Positions 19,166 to 28,093 of a stretch of 45,828 nt of DNA are shown in pieces. Position numbers and translations under genes: made by a program. The DNA is taken from positions 1 through 45,828 of the forward strand of contig JACPHN010000083.1 of the NCBI GenBank assembly GCA_016188575.1. The letters run 5' to 3'. The stretch's first letter is position 1, and every line of letters begins with the position of its first letter. Source of the stretch: Candidatus Schekmanbacteria bacterium (GTDB lineage: Bacteria > CSSED10-310 > JACPHN01). The notes below the pieces were generated by a model. That model had not been told where the DNA came from, did no database searches, and saw only the letters and a list, made by a program, of their open reading frames with translations.

Positions 19166-21938
19166 CGCGGCGCTCGCGCCAGGCGCCAAATGCCGCGAAA
19201 CCGCTGACCGCCAGGCTCACCGCCGCAGTCCAGGCAAGCTGAGCCGGAGTCACTGGTGCAAGCCGGAAGCTGGCCGCCAGTGGTGGGACAAATGTCAACA
19301 GCAGCGGGAGGGATACTGACGCGGCTACGACCGCCAGAAGCAGGCGCGTGTGGGCGAGGACCGGAAATCGCGGGGAGCGGTGAGCCGGGGGCCGAAGAAA
19401 GACGACGCCTGCTTGCGTCCAGCTCAGAGTGATGAGAGCAATCGCGGCTAGCTGAGGGCCATGAGCGCTGCGGCTCCACGGCGCCAGGGCCACCGTGACG
19501 GCGAAGAGCAGCCCCGCGCTTTTCCGGAGAACGGTGGAAATGAACGAGCTGTGGCGCAGACGTTCCGGGCCCGGGCGACGCCGGGTGTGCGCGGGCGGCT
19601 GCACTTCGTCGCCGAGGAGTGCCAGGCCGGGAAGCGCCGAGGAGATCAGCGCGAGCCAGATGATGTGTAGCGGGGAAAGCCGAGGGAAAAGCGGGACCAG
19701 GGGCCCGAGCGCAAGAAGGATCAGCAGTGCCACCGCCGAAGACAGCAGGTGCTGCTCGCTACGCCATCGGGCGGCGGCGCTGGCCTGAGCGATGGCCAAG
19801 GCGGCGCCGAGGGAACCGATCGAGTCGTCCAACAGCACGACGTCGGCGACCTGCCGGGCCGCATCGGTGCCGGTAGTGCCGAGCGCCACGGAGACCGGAG
19901 CGGCGGCGAGCACCGGGCGATCGGCGAGTGCACCGGAGATCACGGCCACAACCTCTCCCCGTTGCCGGAGCTGTTCGAGGATGAGGTGCTTGTGGCGCGG
20001 CTCCATGCGGGCATAGACGGCATGCGCGGCGGCCTGCTCTGGTTCGCACCCCAGGTCCGGTCCAGCGTCGAGCTGCCCTCCGGTGGTCACGGTGCCCGTC
20101 TCCCCAGGATCGCGCGCCAGCGCATCGACTGCGAGCGCGGTCCCGGGGTGCTCGCCGGTCACCAGGATCACGTCCACACCGAGGTCGGAAAGTTCGGTGA
20201 CCGCGCGCGGAGCGTCAGGTCGAGGCGGGTCCGACAGCGCGATCAGCCCGACGAAGATCAGGTCGCCGTCGGTGATATCGACGCCCGTGGGAGGAGCTGA
20301 CGTGAGAATCCTGCAGCCGACAGCGATCACTCTGAGCCCCTCCGCGGCGAACCGGTCAGCAGCAGCGAGTGAACGGACGCGCAGATCGGGGGTCATGATC
20401 TCGACGCCATGACTACCAACGGCGCTGGAGGAGAGCGAGATCAGCGTCTCGGCGGCGCCCTTGCTCAGGGCCAGCCAGTGAGTCTCGGGCCGCGGCGGCG
20501 TGCCATTCCACAACCCACGCAACCAGTGAGCCGCCGGCGGGCGGCTCAGCACTCCCCGATGGATGGTGGTAGCGCGCCGCCTGGACGCCCGCAATGGGAT
20601 CTCGGATACTCTGGGAAACACTTCTTCCAATGTCGACTTCGACAGGCCGATCCGCGCTGCCGCCTCGATGAGCGCGAGATCCGTCGGATCGCCTATGGCT
20701 TGTGCGCGATCGGAGTGAGGTCCGACGCGGCTGAGGACGGCGTCGTTGCACAGCGCCGCGCCAGCAAAGAGCAGGCGGACGAGGGGATCGGGGCTTCCGG
20801 AATCCTGGCGAGTTGCCTCGCCCTCATCGTCGCCAGCAGGCTTGTGGCCTCGCAAAGTCTCCATCGTCACGACCTTGCCGCCGAGGTATGCTGCCGCCAC
20901 AGAAAGCCTCGCCTGCGTCAGCACTCCCGTCATTGGCACGCAGACCGCCGTGACGGCGGCGAGACGTTCGAGCGCGCCGCCGTCCCGGAGCACGACGTGC
21001 CGTCGCAGCAGGCGCCGCGTCGCAATCAGGTTTGACAGGGACGACAGGTACGAGAGCGGCAACGGAATCAGGGTTGCTGCGAGGCCGAAGAGGCGATCGG
21101 TGTCCGCGCTGGAGAAGCCAGGCCACAGTCTCTCGGCGAGCAGCGTCGCGGCGATCGCCAGGCACGCCGCGGTGGCGCCCGCCCGCACGAGCAGCTCAGG
21201 GCGCAACGACGGCCGGAGGAGCTCGACACCGGGATCGCATCGCGGGATTTCCTGGGCGACCTGGCCACGACCAGGTGAAACGCAGACGGCTTCCGCCCAG
21301 CCGGAGAGCACGACGTGACCGCAAGGTATGAGGCTGTCGCTGCCCGGCGTGAAGACGGCAGCGGGGTCGCCGTCGGCCTCATCTTGGGTGGGGGGAGCCG
21401 GAGCCGCGGCCGGCGGCGGGACGAGGCGCAGCCCCACGTGCGAGACGATCCGACAGTCCGCGGGGATGACGCTTCCTGAGACGAGCAGGATGATGTCTCC
21501 AGGCACAAGCTCGCGCGCCGCCACCCTTCGGACCTTGCCGGCGCGCCGCAGCATGGCGGCTGGATCTACCAGAGGGCGCACGGCCGCCCTCGTCCTGGCG
21601 TCCAGGCGATAGCTGACGGCCGCTGCGCCCTGGGCCAGAAGGATCACCGACGCCATCATGTACCCCGTGAGCGTGTCGCCCCGCAACGCGCAGGCGAATG
21701 CGATGGCGAAGAGTGACAGAACTTCAGGGCCCAGCCCCCACCCGGCGGCCAGCGCGGAAAGCCGCGCAGCGCTCAGAATCCCCGATACCCGCTTGGAGCG
21801 TCGTTGCTTTCGCGCGCGAGCCTGCTCCTCGGAGAGGCCAGTAGCGGGATCCGCGCCCAGACTCGTGAGGAGGTCCTGCAGAGCCGGGGTGGTCGTGGTG
21901 GGCTCGGGTCTAGCGTCGCTCAATATCGCTCCAATCAC
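19149..21938 (-). CDS. P-type ATPase homologue (type II, Cation_ATPase_N) with degenerate catalytic motifs - probable pseudo-ATPase
   Basis: Overall P-type ATPase architecture is present (N-terminal 'LSEEQARARK', conserved 'KGAAETL' in the N domain, 10 TM-like segments). However DKTGTLT is replaced by 'PMTGVLT' (phospho-Asp lost), TGDN by 'TGEH', GDGVNDAP by 'SGALADRP', and the TGES and PEGL regions are not recognisable. Confidence 0.7.
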   Translation of the reverse strand: MIGAILSDARPEPTTTTPALQDLLTSLGADPATGLSEEQARARKQRRSKRVSGILSAARLSALAAGWGLGPEVLSLFAIAFACALRGDTLTGYMMASVILLAQGAAAVSYRLDARTRAAVRPLVDPAAMLRRAGKVRRVAARELVPGDIILLVSGSVIPADCRIVSHVGLRLVPPPAAAPAPPTQDEADGDPAAVFTPGSDSLIPCGHVVLSGWAEAVCVSPGRGQVAQEIPRCDPGVELLRPSLRPELLVRAGATAACLAIAATLLAERLWPGFSSADTDRLFGLAATLIPLPLSYLSSLSNLIATRRLLRRHVVLRDGGALERLAAVTAVCVPMTGVLTQARLSVAAAYLGGKVVTMETLRGHKPAGDDEGEATRQDSGSPDPLVRLLFAGAALCNDAVLSRVGPHSDRAQAIGDPTDLALIEAAARIGLSKSTLEEVFPRVSEIPLRASRRRATTIHRGVLSRPPAAHWLRGLWNGTPPRPETHWLALSKGAAETLISLSSSAVGSHGVEIMTPDLRVRSLAAADRFAAEGLRVIAVGCRILTSAPPTGVDITDGDLIFVGLIALSDPPRPDAPRAVTELSDLGVDVILVTGEHPGTALAVDALARDPGETGTVTTGGQLDAGPDLGCEPEQAAAHAVYARMEPRHKHLILEQLRQRGEVVAVISGALADRPVLAAAPVSVALGTTGTDAARQVADVVLLDDSIGSLGAALAIAQASAAARWRSEQHLLSSAVALLILLALGPLVPLFPRLSPLHIIWLALISSALPGLALLGDEVQPPAHTRRRPGPERLRHSSFISTVLRKSAGLLFAVTVALAPWSRSAHGPQLAAIALITLSWTQAGVVFLRPPAHRSPRFPVLAHTRLLLAVVAASVSLPLLLTFVPPLAASFRLAPVTPAQLAWTAAVSLAVSGFAAFGAWRERRASGAV

Positions 21939-22131
21939 GTGTCACATCTCGGTGAACACGCTCGAATTGTCTCGCGAAATCGTGACACGCGCAAATCGCG
22001 TCGGATAATAGCCGTGTCGAAGCGCGAGCGCTCGGGCTGCAGCGGGTGTGTCCTTTTCGTGTCACGGGCCAGTTCCTCCTCGGTACGGCTTCACAGCGCC
22101 GGGACGCGATCGGGAAGCACGTGCATACTAT

Positions 22132-22153
22132 CACAATCTTGGCATTGATTGTG
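22132..22153. promoter_or_regulatory. perfect 7-bp inverted repeat CACAATC-N8-GATTGTG in the AT-richer divergent intergenic region
   Basis: Direct read. It lies in the 450-bp region between the divergent P-type-ATPase-like gene and the PhnD-like gene. Confidence 0.4.
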
Positions 22154-22385
22154 CATCCGGAGTGGCATGATTGCGGTGTGAGGTCACTGCAGTTACCGGC
22201 AGAAGCGGCGAGGGTGGAACTGGAACCTCCCAATCCTCGTGACCAGAGACGACACCTCCTTAGGCTCTATCCTCTCCTGACGTCAATCCTGGGCCGCCCT
22301 CGCCCTGCCGGTCTTTGCGGCCACGTTAGTTCCCTGTCCGCCGTGCCCGTGGCGCTGACCACGCAATCGCTGTAGGCTGCCGCAC

Positions 22386-23348
22386 ATGCGAGTGAGGCGC
22401 GAGCATGGCGGCGGGACAATGCGGCGAGCGGTCGGGCTCTTGTTGGCCGCCGGCGCGGTCCCGCTTGTGCTCCTGTCGGTTGCGCACCGCTCCCGTGCGG
22501 AGGGCATCCCTCCGTCCCCCGAGACTTGCCGCTCCAGTATCGTCTACTACTATCCTGACAGCATCGGTCGGGAGCATGCAGAGATCGCGGGAAGAATCGT
22601 CAAGGTCGTCGAGGGGCCGTTGTCGGCGGCTCTGGGAAAGCACCTGACCGGGTACTATTTTTCTCGGCGCAAGGACCTGGTGGCACAAATAGCTCACTGC
22701 CAGCGGCTCGGCGCTTTCCCCGTGGGCGGCATGATGCACGCGGAGACGGCACTCGAGTACCGCAATTTATGGCACCTGGAGGTGCTGGGGTATTCGGTCG
22801 CGCTCTCGACAGGCGCGAAGCAGACGATCAACGTAGCGGTGCGGCGTGGTAGCGGCCTGCGACGCCTACAGGACCTGCGCGGCCGCACCTTGCTGACGCC
22901 GGAGTTCTGGGACGTGAAATCTCCGCGACCGACGACCATCGTCTTTGCCGGCGCGCTTTCCCTTGCGGACTTCGCCGAAGTAAACGAGACCCCCTCGTCG
23001 ATCAGCGCGCTCACGGGTCTGGCCTTTCGCCAGGCCGACGCGATCCTGGTATCTAACCGCGTGTTCGAGGTCTTCAAGGAGCGATCGCCGAAACTGTGGG
23101 CGACCATTCAGTCCATTCACGAGTCGCAGCCCATTCCACTGAATCTGCTGGTCGGCTTCGGCGCGCTAAGCGCGCGCGAGCGCGAGGTGCTCGAGAAGAC
23201 GTGGGAGATCATCAATACCTCGTCGGAAGGCCGGGAAGCGCTCGAGTATTTGCGGATCGACCACATGGCGGCCGGCGGCTGGTCGGACGTCTACGATGAA
23301 GATGATCTGGCCACGAGCGCAAAAGGCATCGACGAGGGTCACCTCTAA
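22386..23348 (+). CDS. secreted PhnD/SsuA-like (type-2 periplasmic binding fold) substrate-binding protein, paralogue A
   Basis: Signal peptide (possible start at 22419, MRRAVGLLLAAG). It aligns along its whole length with the 33113-34072 product ('IVYYYPDSIGREHAEIAGRI' vs 'IVYYFPDTVGKDLSKIASNF'; 'LVAQIAHCQRLGAFPVGGMMHAETALEYRNLWHLE' vs 'LVAHMTDTLARKQLPVFAAMHAEVALENRHLWNLE'). Confidence 0.55.
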   Translation: MRVRREHGGGTMRRAVGLLLAAGAVPLVLLSVAHRSRAEGIPPSPETCRSSIVYYYPDSIGREHAEIAGRIVKVVEGPLSAALGKHLTGYYFSRRKDLVAQIAHCQRLGAFPVGGMMHAETALEYRNLWHLEVLGYSVALSTGAKQTINVAVRRGSGLRRLQDLRGRTLLTPEFWDVKSPRPTTIVFAGALSLADFAEVNETPSSISALTGLAFRQADAILVSNRVFEVFKERSPKLWATIQSIHESQPIPLNLLVGFGALSAREREVLEKTWEIINTSSEGREALEYLRIDHMAAGGWSDVYDEDDLATSAKGIDEGHL

Positions 23349-23446
23349 CCAGCGGGGCGGCGGACCTGCCCCGGCGGCCACTCGGCTTGACGAGCATGCG
23401 GTAAAGGCACAAGCATGAGAAGACGGTTTTTCGAAAGCGGATTCGC

Positions 23447-25525
23447 ATGATCGGCGGTGCGTCCATCATGAGCGGTCGACATGGGAAAGGGGTGCTTTGC
23501 ATGAACAGCGCGGCGGGAACCGGTGTCGATGGCCGTGTCGGGACGGCGCCGTCTTGCCGCACTCCGCGGCAAAACCTGTGCGCCAGTGGACTGGGCACGG
23601 CGCTCGTCAGCCTCGCCGTCCTTTGCGCCGTCTGCGCGGTCACTCGCCTGGCGCCCGCCAGCGCCGTTGAGCCTTTTTTTGCTCCCGCCGTGCCGATGGG
23701 GACGCTTGCGATCCGGCTCCAACCGACCGCCGCCGTCGCGCCTGGAGCCCCGGTCCTGATTACCTTCGGAGTGCCATTCCCACGCGGTTCGCTCACGGCC
23801 GAAGCGATTGGCACGGTGCGCGTCCTGGCGGCTGGCGAGGAGCGCCCCGCCCATGTCGACGCGCTCACGCTCTGGCGCCACGCCACCAATGCGGCGGTCG
23901 ACGGCGCTTCGATCCGGGTCATCCGGGTCCAGCTCGAGCACGCGTTCGCGACGAGCTACCCCGCCTCCGAGGAGATCTCGCTCGAGTGGGGCCAGGCCCC
24001 ACGGACCAAGGACGTTGCGGAGCTCGCGGATCCCCGCACCGCCTGGCACCTCGTCACCGACGGCACGACCCCCTCCGGCGGCATCACGTTCGACGCCAGC
24101 CACCAGGTTTGGGAGCCCGACGTTTACGCCGTGCTCCCCAAGGCGTGGCTCTCCGCTAGCGGCCTCAAGACCCCGATGCAGCCGCTAGACGGCGGCGTCA
24201 GCGAGCTGCGCATGGAGCCCTCGGCCGCCGCCGCTTCCTACCCCGGCCATCTCGAGGCCGACCATGCTCAGGTCAACTTCTTCTACTCGATTATCAATGA
24301 CGACGACCTCCTCGTCGGGCCGGTCGATTATGACAATACCAATGCGTTCACCAGCGATTACGAACCGTGGCTCTACGATCGCGCGATGGCACTGTACGTG
24401 GGCTACCTGCGGAGCGGATTCTTCCGGTTCTTGCGCGAGGCCGTCCGCAACGCCGAGTTCTATCGAACGAAGATCTACACGCCTGCGGCGTGCGATGACG
24501 GGCCCTGTGTCGGCAGCTTCTCGATGAAGAATCCCGATCCGGCGGCGGGCTGGCATGACGAAAAATACTCCTACAACGAATCTCTTGCCATGACGTACTG
24601 GCTCACCGGCGACGCCGCCGCCCTGCCGTACGTCGAGTACGTGACGCGGATCTACGACGGGGTGTCCACGGTGGCCTCCTCCAGTGCTTTTACCGAGCGG
24701 CACGCGGGGCTCAAGTTGATGTCCCGCGTCGTTGCCTACGAGGTTACCGGCGGGGAGCAATATAGAGATGAGATGGCGCAGATCATCGCGGATTTCCGAG
24801 CCGGGCAGACCAACCCGTACGGTGGCCTCGCCGACGGCGGGCTGTGGCACTCGATCGCGGCGCACGAAGGGGTCGAATCGACGGAGCCGATTACCTCACC
24901 TTGGATGTCGGCCCTGATCGGCGACGCGGCGGCTCGGGCGTATCTGGTGAGCGAGCACGTGGACGCCGCGCGGCTCATCATCGAGCTCGCGACTCACCAG
25001 TGCGGCGCTGGCGGGTACTGGACGACGATTCGTGACGGTGAGAATGGGCTAGACGAACAAAGCGGTGAAGCTCCGCTGTTCTTCCCTCACTACCTGGCAA
25101 CGCGAGACGGGCTCGGCTGGAGCGACGACTTCAACCCCTATACCGATTACGAACATTCCTTCGACGTGGCGGGCACGGTCGCCTGGGGGACGTACTTCGC
25201 GCGGTTGAGCGGCGAGGCACAGGCGAGTGAGCAGCTTCGGACGTGTGCGGAGGACCTCTATACGACCTTCAGCCACACGATCACCTACTGGACCCGACCC
25301 GGTGGGCCGGCCGCGAACAAGGACGGATTCCGGGTCGTACCCCACCGCAAGTACTCGTGGTGGTTCAAGAACGCCAGCGGTTTTCAGTGGGCGATGGCGA
25401 GCTCGGAGGGGCCGGCGGTCCCGATCGCCTACCCATTTGCCGCAAGCGTCGTCCTGGGCCTGACGGTGTGTCGGCGTCGCGGTGGGGTGGCCGGCCGCCG
25501 GTCGGCGAGTGGCGGCGACCGCTGA
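23447..25525 (+). CDS. large hypothetical secreted protein with C-terminal hydrophobic anchor plus Arg-rich tail
   Basis: N-terminal signal 'LGTALVSLAVLCAVCAVTRLAPASA'. The C-terminus '...VPIAYPFAASVVLGLTVCRRRGG...' resembles a C-terminal sorting/anchor signal (TM helix followed by RRR). The start is uncertain (candidate Mets at 23447, 23468 and 23501). Confidence 0.5.
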   Translation: MIGGASIMSGRHGKGVLCMNSAAGTGVDGRVGTAPSCRTPRQNLCASGLGTALVSLAVLCAVCAVTRLAPASAVEPFFAPAVPMGTLAIRLQPTAAVAPGAPVLITFGVPFPRGSLTAEAIGTVRVLAAGEERPAHVDALTLWRHATNAAVDGASIRVIRVQLEHAFATSYPASEEISLEWGQAPRTKDVAELADPRTAWHLVTDGTTPSGGITFDASHQVWEPDVYAVLPKAWLSASGLKTPMQPLDGGVSELRMEPSAAAASYPGHLEADHAQVNFFYSIINDDDLLVGPVDYDNTNAFTSDYEPWLYDRAMALYVGYLRSGFFRFLREAVRNAEFYRTKIYTPAACDDGPCVGSFSMKNPDPAAGWHDEKYSYNESLAMTYWLTGDAAALPYVEYVTRIYDGVSTVASSSAFTERHAGLKLMSRVVAYEVTGGEQYRDEMAQIIADFRAGQTNPYGGLADGGLWHSIAAHEGVESTEPITSPWMSALIGDAAARAYLVSEHVDAARLIIELATHQCGAGGYWTTIRDGENGLDEQSGEAPLFFPHYLATRDGLGWSDDFNPYTDYEHSFDVAGTVAWGTYFARLSGEAQASEQLRTCAEDLYTTFSHTITYWTRPGGPAANKDGFRVVPHRKYSWWFKNASGFQWAMASSEGPAVPIAYPFAASVVLGLTVCRRRGGVAGRRSASGGDR

Positions 25526-25604
25526 GCGGGTCGGCGCGCAGGCGCAGCCGGCCGCTGCCGTACAGCGAAAAGGCATCGCGTCGCTCCTGGCTCGCCGCGT
25601 GAAA

Positions 25605-25643
25605 CTGTTCACCTCTGCCCCGCACGCGGGGGGGAGGTGAACA
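25605..25643. repeat. GC-rich palindromic intergenic element, copy 2 (CTGTTCACCTCTGCCCCGCACGCGGGGGGGAGGTGAACAG)
   Basis: Same outer CTGTTCACCT/AGGTGAACAG inverted repeat and G-run hairpin as copy 1. It sits between two convergent gene ends. Confidence 0.7.
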
Positions 25644-25649
25644 GCTACG

Positions 25650-27356
25650 TCACGGCTGTGGGGCGCCACCGCCTCCATGCCGGCGGCGCCGGCGTGGAGC
25701 CGTGATCTCCAGCGTCTTGATCCGGCTGACGAGCCCCGTACGCGGCACGCCGAGGCGCTCGGCGGCCCACGTGACATTGCCGCCGCACTCGCCGATTGCC
25801 TGTTCGATCAGGCCGCGTTCATTGTCGTCCAGGCGCGCTCTGGCATCCTGCAGCGATCTCCACGAAGCGGCGACGTCGAGCGCGCCCGCGGCAGGTGCCG
25901 GAGACTCGCTCACCGCCTCGGCGCGGTCCTGGTCCGCGTCCGTGCTTTCCACCAGGCCGGTGAAGTGCCGGGGTTCAAGCAACCGGTCTTGCTGATCTTC
26001 GCGCAGACACCGGGCAACGGCGGTGTCGAGCGCTTTCTGCAGGGAGCGGAAGTTGCCCGGCCACATCAGCTCGGGCCCGGCGAGGAAGCGTCGAAGTGCC
26101 GGAGAAAGTGACCACGAGGCTTCCGTGCCGCGGCTCCGCAGATAGCGTTCTGCCAGCGCGGGGACATCCTCGCGTCGCTCGCGCAGCGACGGGAGCCGCA
26201 CGACCACCCCGCTGATGCGATCGTAGAGATCCTGGCGCAGCACCCGATCGCGCACCGCCTGCGCCACGTCGCCATTGGTGGCGGCGATGATGCGGACATC
26301 CGAGCGACACGGAACCGGCCGGTTCCAGCCGAGCGGTTCGTAGGTGCCGTCCTGCAAGAAATCGAGGAGCAGCGGTTGAATCTGTATGGGCAAGTTCAGG
26401 ATCTCGTCGAAAAAGATCGTTCCGCCCTGAGCCAGCGCCACCTTTCCGGGGCGATCGCTCGCGGCACCGGTGAAGGAGCCTTTGACGTGTCCGAACAGCT
26501 CGCTGCGAACCGTGTTCAGATCATCTCCGTGGCCGAGGTTGACGCGCACGAATGGCGTGGCGCGGTGGCTCGCGCGGCCGATGGCTCGCGCTAGCAGGGT
26601 CTTTCCGGTGCCAGGCTCGCCCGCGATAAAAATCGGGATGTCCGTCTGGACGACCGGCATGAGCGTGCGGCGAATGGCTGCCATCGAGCTCGGCGCCAGG
26701 GCATCGGCGAGGGACGTGCTGGAAAACGAGCCAGCCTCGCCTTCGGTGCCTTCCGTGGCGAGGGCAGAAGCGGTGGCGGCGCGGCCATGCCTGCGGATTT
26801 GTTCGTGATGCGTGATGACCAGGGAGAGAATGTCACAGGCGGTCTCGAACAACTCCAGGTCGCGCTCGCGTATTTCGCGATCAGCCGAGCGCAGGTCGAT
26901 GTAGGCGACGCCGCGCACCTGTGCCTTCGGTGCGTCGTCGCCGGGTGCGGCGGCCACGCCCGCGTCGCTCCGACGCACCAGGAACAAGGGCCCCGCAAGC
27001 GCATCGGTTATGCCAAATTCCGAATAGCTCCCCGATGGCATCCGCCGGTCGTGAAGGTCGTGGACGATCTGGCCGGTATCCAGAACGCGCTGGACGATGG
27101 TTCGGCTCACCTGTGCCTGCTCGAGCTGGGTGAGACGTCGGCGCAGCCTTCTTCCATGCACCGGGACGGGCACACCATCGTCGCCGATATAGTAGAGCAC
27201 ACCGCGGTCGGCGCCCGTGGCGTCGACCAGTAGATCCAGACACTCGGCGAGCACGGCGTCGAGATCGAGTATCCGCACGACCTGCCGGGTGAACTCGCGC
27301 AGTGCTGCCCAGGGGCCCTCCAAGTCGGAATCGTCCAGTCTAAGCAGTCCATCCAT
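25650..27356 (-). CDS. sigma-54-dependent transcriptional activator (GAF - AAA+ sigma-54 interaction - Fis-type HTH)
   Basis: Walker A 'GEPGTGKTLLARAIG', an 'ELFGHVKGSFTGA' (GAFTGA-like) loop, and C-terminal HTH 'GGNVTWAAERLGVPRTGLVSRIK'. Start set at the internal 'MDGLLRLDD' Met because upstream codons of the 698-aa ORF are low-complexity. The coordinate is ±1-2 nt. Confidence 0.8.
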   Translation of the reverse strand: MDGLLRLDDSDLEGPWAALREFTRQVVRILDLDAVLAECLDLLVDATGADRGVLYYIGDDGVPVPVHGRRLRRRLTQLEQAQVSRTIVQRVLDTGQIVHDLHDRRMPSGSYSEFGITDALAGPLFLVRRSDAGVAAAPGDDAPKAQVRGVAYIDLRSADREIRERDLELFETACDILSLVITHHEQIRRHGRAATASALATEGTEGEAGSFSSTSLADALAPSSMAAIRRTLMPVVQTDIPIFIAGEPGTGKTLLARAIGRASHRATPFVRVNLGHGDDLNTVRSELFGHVKGSFTGAASDRPGKVALAQGGTIFFDEILNLPIQIQPLLLDFLQDGTYEPLGWNRPVPCRSDVRIIAATNGDVAQAVRDRVLRQDLYDRISGVVVRLPSLRERREDVPALAERYLRSRGTEASWSLSPALRRFLAGPELMWPGNFRSLQKALDTAVARCLREDQQDRLLEPRHFTGLVESTDADQDRAEAVSESPAPAAGALDVAASWRSLQDARARLDDNERGLIEQAIGECGGNVTWAAERLGVPRTGLVSRIKTLEITAPRRRRRHGGGGAPQP

Positions 27357-27463
27357 AGCCGCAACGCTACTACGGTCGCCTGACCGCGTCAATGTTTGGC
27401 CAGCCCGCGAGCGGGCGGAGGAACGGCATACGCGCTCGGAAAAGACGGATGCCGCTTGCTGTC

Positions 27464-27493
27464 CCGCCTCCCCCCGCTTGCGGGGGAGGGGCG
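27464..27493. repeat. GC-rich palindromic element, copy 3 (core only: CCGCCTCCCCCCGCTTGCGGGGGAGGGGCGGG)
   Basis: Shares the CCTCCCCCCGCTTGCGGGGG core and lacks the TGAACAG flanks. Confidence 0.55.
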
Positions 27494-27712
27494 GGCGGCG
27501 GCGGGCTCGCCGTTCTTCCCCTCTCCCAGTCTCCGCCCAGTGAGCGGAGGATGGTCTTGCGCGTTGCCACTGCTCATCCGGGCGCTTGTCGGAAGGGACG
27601 GGGGGACGCTGTCGCGTCGACGTCGAACAGGCGGAGAATTCAGGAAGCCGCCAGGGGTTGCATTCGGCTTGCAACCTTGCTACAGTAAGTGGCCGACTTG
27701 CATCGCTGACTT

Positions 27713-27786
27713 CGGGGCGTGGCGCAGCTTGGTAGCGCACTAGCATGGGGGGCTAGGGGTCGTGGGTTCGAATCCCGCCGCCCCGA
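27713..27786 (+). tRNA. tRNA-Pro (anticodon GGG)
   Basis: Manual fold gives a 7-bp acceptor stem (CGGGGCG/CGCCCCG), U8, D-arm GCGC/GCGC with a GG loop, a 5-bp anticodon stem CTAGC/GCTAG with loop A-T-GGG-G-G, a 5-nt variable loop, T-arm GTGGG-TTCGAAT-CCCGC and discriminator A. No encoded CCA. Confidence 0.85.
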
Positions 27787-27797
27787 CTCAGGAAAAG

Positions 27798-27829
27798 GCC
27801 GTAACGGTGAACGTTACGGCGTTTTTTTT
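27798..27829 (+). terminator. rho-independent terminator (GCCGTAACG-GTGAA-CGTTACGGC followed by T8)
   Basis: A perfect 9-bp stem, 5-nt loop and a run of eight T directly downstream of the tRNA. Confidence 0.85.
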
Positions 27830-28093
27830 GGGGCGGCGAACGGCGAGTTTCGTTCGACACAGCTTCAAGGCAGGCGCGGATTGCCCCATCGCGCACTACG
27901 CGGAGCGGTCATTCCAAGTTGCTCATCTCCTCGGACGAAACCGGACATTCAGCCGGCGCCGAGTTCTCCGTTTTTCCGCCACTGGCGAGATCGACCAAGA
28001 CGGTCTACATTCACGCCCGAGCCTGGTCGCGCCCAGCCCCGCCGATTCCCTCGCGGGATCGCCCGCCGAACTGTTCAGGAGAAAACACCAGAG

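Noticed and set aside
19461-21612. Multiple 70-210-aa ORFs on the plus strand inside the P-type ATPase-like gene
   Set aside because: They overlap a long ORF with clear family architecture. They have no motifs and a GC-frame artefact composition.
27880-27960. Sigma-54-like motif GGTCATTCCAAGTTGC upstream of ygeW
   Set aside because: GG-to-GC spacing is 2 nt too long for a -24/-12 promoter.
27719-28093. N-terminal extension of the ygeW ORF (508 aa from 27719)
   Set aside because: It would run through the tRNA-Pro gene and its terminator. An AGGAG-preceded ATG at 28094 matches the YgeW N-terminus.
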